Source: Octopus sinensis
Taxonomy: Eukaryota
Reading direction: 5' to 3'
Length of the DNA: 51,199 nt
Assembly: GCF_006345805.1 (NCBI RefSeq)
Contig: NW_021834175.1
Span: 1-51,199 of the forward strand
Positions within the stretch are counted from its first letter, which is position 1. Each line of letters begins with the position of its first letter. Positions 25,509 through 37,961 of this stretch are shown in pieces. Position numbers and translations under genes: made by a program. The notes beneath the pieces are model-generated. The model was not told the DNA's origin. It ran no database searches and worked only from the letters and a program-made list of their open reading frames with translations.

Positions 25509-25594
25509 ACTTTCGACACATGTTTCGAAAATTCCACTGATACTATTCAAAAGAATAAATGGTATAAACAATGCAATCTTCTCTTCGGGAAAGT
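25509..25594 (-). ncRNA. Type I hammerhead ribozyme-like motif with extended stem II
   Basis: ACUUUC-CCGAAGA-GAAGAUU...AAUUUUC-GAA-AC(AUGU)GUC^GAAAGU: perfect 6-bp stem I, GUC triplet, multi-segment stem II; core U4 is C. Confidence 0.8.
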
Positions 25595-25794
25595 GAAAAA
25601 ACGAAACCCGTCAATACGACATTTTAGCAAAAAATGATGGATTTGTATAGCGATAGACAGAACGCTATTAATATTGTTTAAAAAAACGTTATATGATATA
25701 ACGTCATAAGTAGCTAACAGAAAGAGTAGGAATATTAATAGTGAATGTTAAATATAAAGGAGATTAAAGTTTAAATTATATATAATGATAGAGA

Positions 25795-27669
25795 CTACTT
25801 ATATGCACTAAGTGTATGTTTCTGCCAATGCTTACATCTGTATGCTCGTTCTATAACCGTGTTTACTAGAGTATTTTTAGAAAATATAATGAAAAATAGC
25901 TCAGAATTGCAGAGAAGACAGAATTTCTTGCCTTTGTCATATGGTATCGAAATTGAGAGGATCAACCATTCTAAATGAAATTGTTCATTGTGGTCTTTTA
26001 AATCCCAAATCAGTTTGCTGAGACCGGTACTATTCCGTTTATTTCTATCCCTAAATGTTGAGTAATGGATAGAAATTCTTTTAGATAACTCTAACGATGT
26101 GCTTCCAATGTAAAATCGTACTTTATTACGAGTACTGATTATACACTGGTATATAGAATTTTTAATCTTAGAGTTACTTGACATAAATTTAATTCTATTG
26201 GAATTGACCTCGGATACAATAACCTTGTTATTAATGTTTCTAGAGGGTTGGATGGTATTAGCTAAATTAATGTTAGTATTAGTAAATGTATTAATATTTA
26301 ACAGTTTGTTATTATGAGAAGATATAATTTGCAAGAGATTTTTTGTGTTTGAAAAACCTATCCTAACCTTATGTGAATTAATTATAGAGTAATATCTAGA
26401 ATTGTTTGGAAAATTCCTAGCAATAGCTTGACGAAACAGCAGTGGGAGATTAGATTTAATTTGTCTCCCGTAAGGAATTATTAACCAAATATTTTTACTA
26501 GTATTCATAGCGTTATTACTTTTGAAGGTGTTATATTTACTTTTAGATCGATAATAGGGGATTAAATAAGGGTTATCTGCCTTCATTCGCTTTGTATCGG
26601 TGCGTAAGTTATGTTTGTTATTAATAATTCTTTTACGCCTAGAAATCTTATCTACATTATTGAATTTACAATTAGACTGAGCAGAATCAATGTAGAAAAT
26701 TTTTTCTGTATAACCTGCTTTAATTAAGGCAGAGTTATAGAATTCAGCGTTATTATTGAAAATATCAACATTAGCAGATAATTTAGATAATCTAAATGAA
26801 ATATTCTTAACTAAATTCTTAGTAATTGCTCCAGGATGATTACTAAATTTGCTAATATACTTAAGATTGGTCAACGGTTTATGATATGGGAAGTAAGAGT
26901 CACTGTGTAAATTAAGCGTAATATCTAAAAAGTTGGCCTTCGTCAGATCGTCATCAAAAACGATTTTTAAGCCCATTCTACTGAAAAAATTAACTAAACT
27001 ATTCTTAACTTTTTGTACCTTTTGGTTGGAAACATTTTGGAGGTAAAGTAAACAATCATCACGATATAGACCTCCGTAAATGTTAGGGAACTCTTCAGCC
27101 ATTTTAAAAAGAATATATATACAGACCAAATCAGCTATCTGTGCTGAATCAGAACTTCCCATTGGTATATCGAAACTATCTGGTGTGTCTTTATGGACCC
27201 ACAACTTATCATCAAATTTAATAATAGATCTTCTGGCTGCCAACACAACATTAATTTCTTCTCGAGTGAGACCAGCTTTGTTATGAGCAAGCCAAGTGCC
27301 TTATTAAGTACTATTGGATTGATAGACGAATAAAAATTGGAAATATCAAACTGGATAAACTTAGTACTCACCTTACTGTTAATAGACCTAAACCAGTCAA
27401 CTACTTCAAATGAATTAGTCCATAAACTAAGTTTTAATGTTTTGATTAAATTAGGAATATATTTATCTAGTATATTTTTACTAATGATACCGATGTCAGA
27501 GCTAGAAGGGCAGATAAGCCTTAATGATGGGTTAGTAAAAAAATTTGGTTTGTGATCCTTCAAAATGAACCAAGGTTGCTTAGGAACGAATGGTTCTGTC
27601 TTCATTTGTAGGTTATATTTCTCCATGATTTTCATAGCTTCAATGTTGGCTTTCTTAAGTATTCTTTTA
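25795..27669 (-). pseudogene. PLE2 RT-GIY-YIG ORF (single frameshift)
   Basis: Restoring one base at ~27289 gives continuous ...VLNKALGFAHNKAGLTREEINVVLAARRS... Confidence 0.88.
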
Positions 27670-27844
27670 TCTGCAATTCTGAGCTATTTTTCATTATTTT
27701 TTCTAAAAATACTCTAGTAAACACGGTTATAGAACGAGCATACAGATGTAAGCATTGGCAGAAACATACATTTAGTGCATATAAGTAGTCTCTATCATTA
27801 TATATAATTTAAACTTTAATCTCCTTTATATTTAACATTCACTA

Positions 27845-27909
<65 letters not shown>

Positions 27910-28024
27910 ATGTGTGTGTGTAACTTTTTTGTCTGTCTTCTCCCCTCACCATTTGAGCCGGTGATAGTTTGTTTATGTCCCTGTGATATAACAGTTCGGC
28001 AAACGAAACAAATAGAATAAGTAC

Positions 28025-28385
28025 TCTTTACTCTCTCTTTACTCTTTTACTTGTTTCAGTAATTTGACTGTAGCCATGCAGGAGCACCACCTTTAGACGA
28101 GCAAATCGACTCCAGGCCTTATTCTTTGTAAGCCTAGTACTTATTCTATCGGTCTCTTTTGTCGACGTAAACACACCAACATCGGTTGTCAAGCGATATA
28201 TGTATATATATGTACATATATACGACGAGCTTCTTCCAGTTTCCGTCTACCAAATCCACTCACAAGGCTTTGGTCGGCCCGAGGTTATAGCAGAAGACAC
28301 GTGCCTAAAGTGCCATGCAGTGGGACTGAACCCGGAACCATGTGGTTCGTTAGCAAGCTACTTACCACACAGCCACTCCTACGCC
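28025..28385 (-). mobile_element. SINE family B (internally deleted)
   Basis: Family B head and tail on the minus strand with part of the middle missing. Confidence 0.8.
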
Positions 28386-29899
28386 TAGCAGACTTTTAAA
28401 ACCAAACATAATTACTCAGGTGGATTTGTTCGACGAAAACCCTGCAGGGTTGTGTCCCCAGCATGACTGTAGTCCAATGACTGAAACAAGTAAAAGATAA
28501 AGTTATATGAGAAAATATTTTAATCGTTAACTATTCTTATCATTACATTAGCTTTGCAAAACATGACTAGGAAAGAATATACCTTCAAAAAGTAATGTAA
28601 TGCATATTTTGAAAAGAAAAACATGAAAAATCAGCGAGAAATATCAACATGCATATTAGTTTGGTATTTCTGTCGTAACATTAGTCGATGCTAGCGAAAC
28701 AGATTATGGTACTAGATTGATTAATAGAACACTTGATAATGATTAACAGCACCATAATATTTCCTGTTGCTGGCGTCAAATGACATTAAAAAAAATTCAA
28801 ATGTTTTGTTAGACGAGCAATGACAACTTCAAATATCGTGTAGAATTCTAGCTTGCTATGAATTCCATCTGTATAGTTATGTATTACTGACAACTGGCAT
28901 ATGGAAGATGAGAGTGTGTTTTTTCTCTTGGGGCTGTTACTGAGACTGTTTCAACAGTTTTAAAATGATTCTGGTGCAAACAACAGGAAAAAAAAAACTG
29001 AATACAAGCAAAAGGGAAGAAAAAGAGAGAGAGAGACAAAAATAAGGAAAAACAATCTGCTCCCACCTAAGAAGTCTGAAGAACACGAGTTGACAGTGAA
29101 ATTTCTTTTCGTAGAAATGTTTAAAAACACAAGCGTAAGTGCTGTTCAATTACAATAACAATGTTAATTATAATAACTGCAAACCTAAGGCTTTTCTTTT
29201 CTCTGTGCCGAGGAGCAGTGTGTGTATTTCATCGAATCAACACAGGTGTATTGTTACTAGGTCTATAAAGACGACGAGGTAGCAGAATCGTTAACGTGCC
29301 GGACAAAATGCTTAGCGGTGTTTCTTCCGGTTTCTTACATTCTGATTTGAAAAACTGTCGAGGTCGGCTTTGCCTTTCCTCCCTTTTAGGGGTTGATAAA
29401 ATGAATACCTGTTAAGTACTGGGTCAACGAAATCGACTCCAGCTTCCCCTGATAATTGCTGGCCTGGTGTTAAAATTAGAAAGAATTATTGGTTAGTTAA
29501 TGCATAGAAAACTACTGAAAAGTTCATAGTGTAAGCACCCAAACAATACAATCTCTTTAATTGTCTTCAGCTTGATATCTTGCATTAGGGTGGATAGGAT
29601 TCCCACTGTTACACTCTCTATATGTTATGTTTTGATGAAGAAAGTCACTGAAGCTCTCACAGTTTGTGTACCTGAAGAGTGTGTCACCCTCAATGATCAA
29701 CATAAAACGCTGTCATGTAGATACATTAGGGGGCCGCCAGCGAAACACAGAAAACAGATTTCGTACATATAAACTACCCGCTGTTGGTGATCGATTTGAA
29801 CTAATAAAACTGAAGAGGCACAGGGATTAACACACGTACGCAGAAATTTTAGTAATCTGTGACGGATTGTTGTCTAGTGTTGAACTACTAGGTTTGTCA

Positions 29900-30085
29900 T
29901 TTCATTTGCTAATAGGAGTAATAAAATTGTGCATGTCGGAGAAACATGTAAGATATCTCTTATTAGAAATTCTTCAGATAGAGTCTCTGTATCTGAAGAT
30001 TCTGTATCTGGAAAATTTCTAATAAGAGATATCTTACATGTTTCTCCTACATTTACAATTTTGTAACTCCTATTTGTAAATGAAA
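29900..30085. repeat. Imperfect foldback, ~80-bp arms
   Basis: The core 47-bp arms (29934-29980 and 30005-30051) have about 3 mismatches; weaker pairing extends to 29900/30085. Confidence 0.8.
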
Positions 30086-31492
30086 CACGTGTAATGGTGA
30101 ATGGATAATACCAAAAACCTTTTCTCAATCTCCTGCTTTGATCTGTAATTACTTTGCAAAAACTTTTTCCAGTATTTTTTCAACATGTATGTATACCTCA
30201 CACAAATGTAACATCTACATACACTTTTGGAGTACTAAATAAAGCAGATATGCTTTAAGAGGACATAGCTTGGATTATAACTCTAGATATACACACAGAC
30301 ACTATATATATATTTCTTTGTTCGGGACGGCGTAATTAGAAGCAAAGCTGTAAATAATAACGTGTGAATTGAAAAATCTAGAAGGCTGACCGTGGGACAC
30401 GAAGGACAAGAACTCTCATATTCTGCTATGTTTAGACAAGATAGGGCCATAGTAGAAGACACTTTCTCAAGGTTGATGCTGTAGGATTGAACTTGAAAGC
30501 ATGTGGTTGGGAAGCAAACTTCTTAACACACTTCTACGCCTGCACTAAGAATTAAGAATTAGGTTGATGGATAACGTCTCAAAATTTGTTTTAACCTGCT
30601 TGCCCTTTCATAGTATAACAGCAAAAATTTCTTATGTTATCAGCAGAACGAAGCTGTTTCGTCCGTTTCTTTTACTGGAAAATACAATTTCGTTTTATAT
30701 TGTTTTGGAATTTATCATCACAAATTTTCTTGCGTATGTTTCCTGATATTTTTTCCCTAATATTGCTAATTTCTGAGTAAGTTCATCGATATTTATTTTA
30801 CTTATGTTTGGATAGGTCGTGTAACCTTTTCACTAGGATGTCTTACCTTTGAATGGCAATATTTAAGTATTGGTTTAAAAACCAAATAAATATTGCATCT
30901 AAATCTTCGTTTCCGTTGAAATGTTAACGAGTAAGTGGAATTATGGTTGACGAATGATACTTTGAGGAAGAGTATGGAGTTTTGATGTTATTTTCAGGAT
31001 GCTGTTATGCGATGCTAATGCCTTTCTCAAAAGTATTATATATTGAAGTGAAAAGAAATGTTTGTTTTCTTGCGGGTTTTGATTTCTTTTTAGAGTTTTA
31101 TATTTCAAGAAATTTTTTCTATTCTAAGTTACTATAACAAAGATAGTGATAATGAATACGAGACAAGGGTTTCTTGTTAGATTAGATAGCGCGTAGGTTA
31201 TGAACAAATAAATATATTGTCTTATATCAGTTTGCATTTATTCTTGTTGTGAAATTAGTCCCATGGAGGACTTTTCCAGCAGTTTCGGATTAAGATCGAA
31301 CCGAATGGTTTCATTATTGGTTTCAAAGTTTGGTACAAGGCCAGCAAGTTATGGTAAGTCGATTACATGAATCCCAGCGCTCGTCTGGTACATATTTTAT
31401 CTACTCCAGAAGGATGAACGGCTAAGTCAGCTTCGGCAGAATTTCAACTCAGAACGTGACGGTAGACGGAAACTGAAAGAAGCCCTCGTTAT

Positions 31493-31544
<52 letters not shown>

Positions 31545-32025
31545 TATATATATATATAGTGTATGCTGTGTGTGTATATACCTCTAAGCATTTTGTCCGG
31601 CGTGCTAACGAATCTCTTAGATTGCCGCTTTAGAATGGATTCCTTATTATCTAACAGTTCGATGCGGTGAGCTGGCAAACTAATGAACACACCGGACAAA
31701 ATGTTTAGCGTTATCTTTCCTGGCACATTACGTTCTGAGTTCATATTCCGCCGGGGTAGACGTTACCTTTTATCCTTTCGGGGTCGATAAAATAATTACC
31801 AGTTGAGCGCTAGTGTCAATTTAATCGAAGAACCCCTCCCACTTAAATTACTGGTCTTGTGCCATAATTGCAAACAATTATGAAGGCGGCGAGCTGGCAT
31901 TATGTTTAGTGTGTCGAACAAAATGCTTAACAGAATTTCTTCTGACACTACGTTTTGAGCTCAAATTCCACCGAAGTCGACTTTGCCTATCATCGTTCAG
32001 GATCGATAAAATGAATTTCCAGGCA

Positions 32026-32130
32026 TACACTGCGTGGCACCTTGGGCAAGTGTCTTCTACTATAAGCCTCGGGCCGACCAAAGCCTTGTGAGTGGATTTG
32101 GTAGACGGAAACTGAAAGAAGCCCGTCGTG

Positions 32131-32161
<31 letters not shown>

Positions 32162-33490
32162 ATATGTTTGTGTGTCTGTGTTTGTCCCCCCAACATCGCT
32201 TGACAACCGATGCAGGTGTGTTTACATCCCCGTAACTTAGCGGCTCGGCAAAAGAGACCGATAGAATAAGTACTAGGCATCCAAAGAATAAGTCCTAGGG
32301 TCGATCTGCTCGACTAAAGGCGGTGTTCCAGCATGGCCACAGTCAAATGACTGAAACAAGTAAAAGAGTCAAGTACTGGCATCAGTGTAACCAACCAACC
32401 ACTACCTTAAAATTACTGATCTTATGCCAAAACTTGAAACAATTATTATTCAACAGTCCTTACCGTGCCGAGAAGATGCTGAGTTGGTATCTCCTACGAC
32501 TCTACGTTCTGAGTTCATATGCCACCAAGGTCGATTTTGCCTTTCATTTTTGCAGTTGAGCGCTGGAATCGACTAATACATCTCCCTAAAAACGGCGACA
32601 ACAAACAAATAAATAAAATGCTGGCCTTATGCCAAAATTAGACAGAATTATTATTTAATAATTCATCAGGTTTCACTTACCTGTCACTATCAAACTGCTG
32701 ATGGTAGAAGTCGAAAGCTGCTTATTAATACGTCAGCAAATATCTGTCGAAGTACAAACACATTTAAATGATAATGCATGTTGACGTGTGGATGGTAATT
32801 ACGATAGTACGAGTTTTAGAATTTGATACGAACAGATAAATGTACCGAGCCATATCCACATGTACTTTATCGCCCCATGGAATGAAACCCACGAGGGCAT
32901 TCTTAGCTCTTAACTGCAAGATTTATTGCTTAATAGAAGGCACACACACACACACAGACATATGTATATATGCATATATATGTGTGTATATATATATATA
33001 TGTATAATATATGTGTATATATATATGTGTGTGTATATAAATGCATATAAGTGTGTCGAGAGTGCATATATATAGGCGTAGGAGTGGCTGTGTGGTAAGT
33101 AGCTTGCTAACCAACCACATGGTCCCGGGTTCAGTCCGACTGCGTGGCATCTTGGGCAAGTGTCTTCTGCTATAGCCCCGGGCCGACCAATGCCTTGTGA
33201 GTGGATTTGGTAGACGGAAACTGAAAGAAGCCTGTCGTATATATGTATATATATATATATGTATGTGTGTGTTTGTGTTCTGCTGTGTTTGTCTCCCTAG
33301 CATTGCTTGACAACCAGTGCTGGTGTGTTTACGTCCCCATCACTTAGCGGTTCGGCAAAAGAGACCGATAGAATAAGTACTGGGCTTACAAAGAATAAGT
33401 CCCGGGGTCGATTTTGCTCGACTAAAGGCGGTGCTCCAGCATGGCCGCAGTCAAAATGACTGAAACAAGTAAAAGAGTAAAAAGAGTAAA
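32026..33490 (+). mobile_element. Two SINE family B copies (32026-32368, 5'-truncated; 33075-33490, full) with family A relics between
   Basis: Direct match to the family B consensus seen elsewhere in the window. Confidence 0.85.
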
Positions 33491-33545
33491 GAGTATATGT
33501 ATATATATGTATGTATGTATATATATATATATGTATGTATGTATG

Positions 33546-33597
<52 letters not shown>

Positions 33598-33921
33598 ATA
33601 TATATTATATATATGTGTGTGTGTGTGTGTGCGTGTGCGTGTGTGTGTGGGTAATATATATATTTGTGGATTTGTAGCATGAAGCAAAGCAAGCCTTGCC
33701 GTTCACTCAAGAAAACACAAAAGTGAATGATCCACAAGCACTCAAGCAAGCTGAGTCTTCCGCATGTTCTATTTGCCAAATGTTTGCAGAGCACCAGCAC
33801 ACCTTAAGACACACATTCGTGTCCATAGAATATAATTAACGCTCTATTATACTGATCTCTCATTTGTTGCTCAGGACGAGAGAATCCATCACACACACAC
33901 ACACACATGCACGCACGCACG

Positions 33922-33960
<39 letters not shown>

Positions 33961-34197
33961 GTATGCATATGTATGTGTGTGTGTCTTTGCGTCTGTGTTT
34001 GACCTCCCCCACTACTGGTGTGTTGATGTGTTTGCGTCCCCGTGACCTAGCGTTTCGGCCAAAGACACCGATAGAATGAGTTGCAAGGCTTAAAAAAATA
34101 AGTACTGGGTTTCGATTCATTCGACTAAAAATTCAAAGCGGTGCCCTAGAATGGCTGCAGTCTAATGACTGAAATAGGTAAAAGAAGAAGGTAAAAG

Positions 34198-34233
<36 letters not shown>

Positions 34234-34424
34234 GATTGAGCTAGGAGAAGTCAGAATATTAATGAGGTAATTTTATTGTTTTATTTTCATTTAGAATAAG
34301 TGTTTTGCTATACCAGTCGCTTCCTCCTTTTAAATTAGGCTATAATTGCTTTACTATGGCTAAGTAAAATGTTTATCCCCACAAATAATATTTGCTGCTT
34401 TTTCTTTAATCTCAAGACATTCAC

Positions 34425-34815
34425 AGAACAGATTGACAATCATGGCATTGAAAGCTACATCAATGCCAGAACGGGACGACACTGCATAGTGCCAAAGATC
34501 CCAGCAACGCCATCACGCTCCAGGACCAGTTACTGCAACAGCCTGGGTTTCAAGGGCCCACAGCTTTTTAATATTCTCCCAAAGAGTCTGAGGAACTTGC
34601 ACAAAGTAGATGTAGGGGTTTTTAAATCAAAGCTGGTCGAGAGTCCCAGATGAAACGACCTCACGGCAAGAGGTGCAAATGAGGGTAGCTATATCAAACT
34701 CCATTCTTCACCAAGTACAACATATTAGAGGAGGTTCTTAGTAATAACAGTGTAGCAAAACGGCGGTGCATCAACATGGCCGCAGCTCTGAGCTGAAACT
34801 AGAGAGAAAAGAAAA
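34425..34815 (+). mobile_element. CR1/L2/Jockey-group LINE 3' fragment
   Basis: Translation GRHCIVPKIP...YCNSLGFKGPQLFNILPKSLRN...FKSKL is typical of the post-RT region; 3'UTR hairpin cagctc-t-gagctg. Confidence 0.75.
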
Positions 34816-35271
34816 TCAAGTAGTTCTAGCAACAACCATATCGCTTAATTTTGGTCAGAATACGTTATGCAAGATTTTCTTTTTGTTTTTGTTTTCATGA
34901 GAGTAGTGTGTGATTTGAGGGAGATATGATTTCTATTTCTAGGCGACCGAATAACCAGGCGGGGGCGTTCGTTACCGCATCGAATTTGCATGGGATAGAG
35001 CAGTAAATGAAAAATACGGTGTATGAGTATATTCCAAAGGGGCTCACGGCATATGTGTGGGGTGCTGGGCACTCCTACGGATAAGACAAATACGTAAAGG
35101 GATCAGCAACAATAGTCATTTTAAATACACCAACATGTTAACACGTATCAGTAACTGCAAAGTTCATACTGAATGAGGCATCAACGCGAACTTTTTTATA
35201 CAAGAGAAAACAAGAATTAAACAATAGCAGGATATGTACATACATGTGTAAATACATACATTCATTCATAT

Positions 35272-35321
<50 letters not shown>

Positions 35322-35398
35322 ATATATATATAATATATATATATATACACCTATTTATATAAAATATATACATACGTATACATATATATATATTATAT

Positions 35399-35437
<39 letters not shown>

Positions 35438-35523
35438 TCATATATCTATCTATATATATATATATATTTACACATGCATATACATATACATACATATCTG
35501 CACATACAAATACAGATATATTT

Positions 35524-35561
<38 letters not shown>

Positions 35562-35688
35562 TCGTATATATATACAAATATATTCACATTTATATATCTA
35601 CATATATGTACATATATATACATATATATATATAAATGTATATACATACATATATATATACATATATATATGTGTGTATATATGTGTA

Positions 35689-35752
<64 letters not shown>

Positions 35753-36504
35753 TATTACAATATACATGCTCAGGAGTGTATACGTAGACAAAGACACAAC
35801 TCACACATACGTAAATACATACGTATGCATATATATGCTCTGTGGCATATGGCTTCATTCATGCACACATGCATCACATACAGATACCTATATGCGTACT
35901 TAGATGAATTCATAAAACATGTTCACATACACTAATATACACAACGCGCATTTAAATAGAACACGAAAGGTCAAAAGCTTAACAAAACGAGATCAAAGCC
36001 AAACTACAAGATACGAAGAGAAACGAAACAAGTGTGCATATAGACCCTCAAGAGATGGGACAAAAACGTGATAGGGACAATAGATATCTGAAAAACTCAA
36101 GTGTAAAAAAAGAGAAACAAAAGGCTTCATAATTACGTAGCAAGAGCGAATCTTCTCAACGAGATGATAGACAAAATATGTAGTGAAAAAGAAAAATAGA
36201 TTGTGTGTGTATCGTATATAGTGTCAATATGTGAACAGACCAGATTGCAATTCAGCCGATGCCTGCATACTTTTCATATGCTTGTCGTAGTAGCAGTTAG
36301 CAACAAACATTGCAAAACATTCGAACTAAGTGGATAAACTAGAAGAAAATGAATAGGCAAATATTCTCTCATTCATGTTCAGTTGTGACAGAAAAAAAGA
36401 AAAAGATAGAATCGACTTTAAAACTGCAGAAATCTCGATAGCTCTATAGTAAAATGTAAGCAGTCGTGTTAGTGATACAGGTGTGTTGGTGTGGTGGTGT
36501 GTGG

Positions 36505-37139
36505 TTGATCATAGAATCTTTCTCATTTCTTTACTACCCACAAGGGGCTACACATAGAGGGGACAAACAAGGACAGACAAATGGATTAAGTCGATTACAT
36601 CCACCCCAGTGAGTAACTGGCACTTATTTAATCGACCCCGAAAGGATGAAAGGCAAAGTCGACCTCGGCGGGATTTGAACTCAAAACGTAACGGCAGACG
36701 AAATACCTATTTCTTTACTACCCACAAGGGGCTAAACACACAGAGGACAAACAAGGACGGACAAACGGCTTAAGTCGATTATATCGATCCCAGTGCGTAA
36801 CTGGTACTTATTTAATCGACCCCGAAAGGATGAAAAGCAAAGTCGACCTCGGTGGAATTTGAACTCAGAACGTAACGGCAGACGAAATACCTATTTCTTT
36901 ACTACCCACAAGGGGCTAAACACAGAGGGGACAAACAAGAACAGACAAAGGGATTAAGTCGATTATATCGACCCCAGTGCGTAACTGGTACTTATTTAAT
37001 CGACCCCGAAAGGATGAAAGGCAAAGTCGACCTCGGCGGAATTTGAACTCAGAACGTAACGGCAGACGAAATGCGGTTACGCATTTCGTCCGGCGTGCTA
37101 ACGTTTCTGCCAACTTGCCGTTGATCATAGAACCTTTCT
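36505..37139 (-). mobile_element. SINE family A trimer bounded by a 19-bp TSD
   Basis: Three ~184-bp bodies (junctions ~36707 and ~36891) and one head; ttgatcatagaa(t/c)ctttct at 36505-36523 and 37121-37139. Confidence 0.92.
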
Positions 37140-37384
37140 ACTATCAACCCGAAGTCGACAGAGTCGGTAAGTTTCTGGCCCAACGGCAAAAAGGCTGGCG
37201 CTGTTGATATTCATTTAACATGTTTAGAGTCGCGGTTGTTTGGTTTCATCAGTTAAAGTGTTCGCTTCGCACCCAAAATACGTGTTTTTTTTAATATATC
37301 TTTTATCTTAGTCTGTGTACGTGTTTTTAAAAATATATCTTTTATCTTTTCCCTGGTTCAATCATTAGTTTACGGAAATGATTT

Positions 37385-37572
37385 GGGGGTTGCGGATCCG
37401 TGGAACAAGCTGCCAGACGAGATGGTGAAGATGCCGACGACCGCTTTGTTCAAAGCCTCCCTTGACCTCAAGTGGCCTGAACTCTTTACATGAACACCAC
37501 CCTGTACTTAACTCCATGTCCCCCTACACGGCCTTGCTATTTGCTTTTGAGCTAAATTAACTAACTAACTAA
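37385..37572 (+). mobile_element. CR1-type LINE 3' end with (CTAA)n tail
   Basis: Translation VADPWNKLPDEMVKMPTTALFKASLD...* matches the WNxLPxxVV...FKxxLD motif; tail ctaactaactaac. Confidence 0.75.
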
Positions 37573-37901
37573 CATATGAAGTTGAAAATGCACAGAGAAC
37601 ATCTGGAGATTTAACTGTTTAAAATTTACATACATGCATGCATGCATACATACATATACATACGTTTGTACATATCTATTTGTGTGTGTGTGTATATATA
37701 GTAAATAAAAAAAACGAAGAACAAACACAAAAAACAACGCGAGAATGTGACGCATGCAAAGTATAAATATATATGTATATATATATGTATATGTATATAT
37801 ATATAAAACTTTGAAGAGGATGCCTGGCGTTCAACCATATAATATAAATAATATATATATGCACATATACATACATATATATACATACTTATATCTATAC
37901 G

Positions 37902-37961
<60 letters not shown>

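Larger units (their letters stand above)
25312..27850 (-). mobile_element. Penelope-like element 2 (PLE2): AT-rich, 5'-truncated, with inverted partial terminal repeat
   Basis: ORFs 27135..27635 and 25795..27246 join at a 1-bp frameshift near 27289. RT motifs: KDHKPNF, QFDISNFYSSI, FDIPMGSSD, LYRDD, NFLDITL. GIY-YIG region: IYQC...FYIGST...CLLCNSE. 27670-27850 is an inverted copy of 25733-25913. (TA)n lies on both flanks. Confidence 0.92.

Noticed and set aside
28885-28975. Possible minus-strand exon (pyrimidine tract + cag ... gtaata; NHFKTVETVSVTAPREK...)
   Set aside because: The splice-like signals are common by chance, the peptide is not recognisable and no partner exons were found.
29540-29875. 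Faint Tc1/mariner transposase-like peptides (FDEE, INT.YAEIL)
   Set aside because: The similarity needs several assumed frameshifts and cannot be supported without a profile search.
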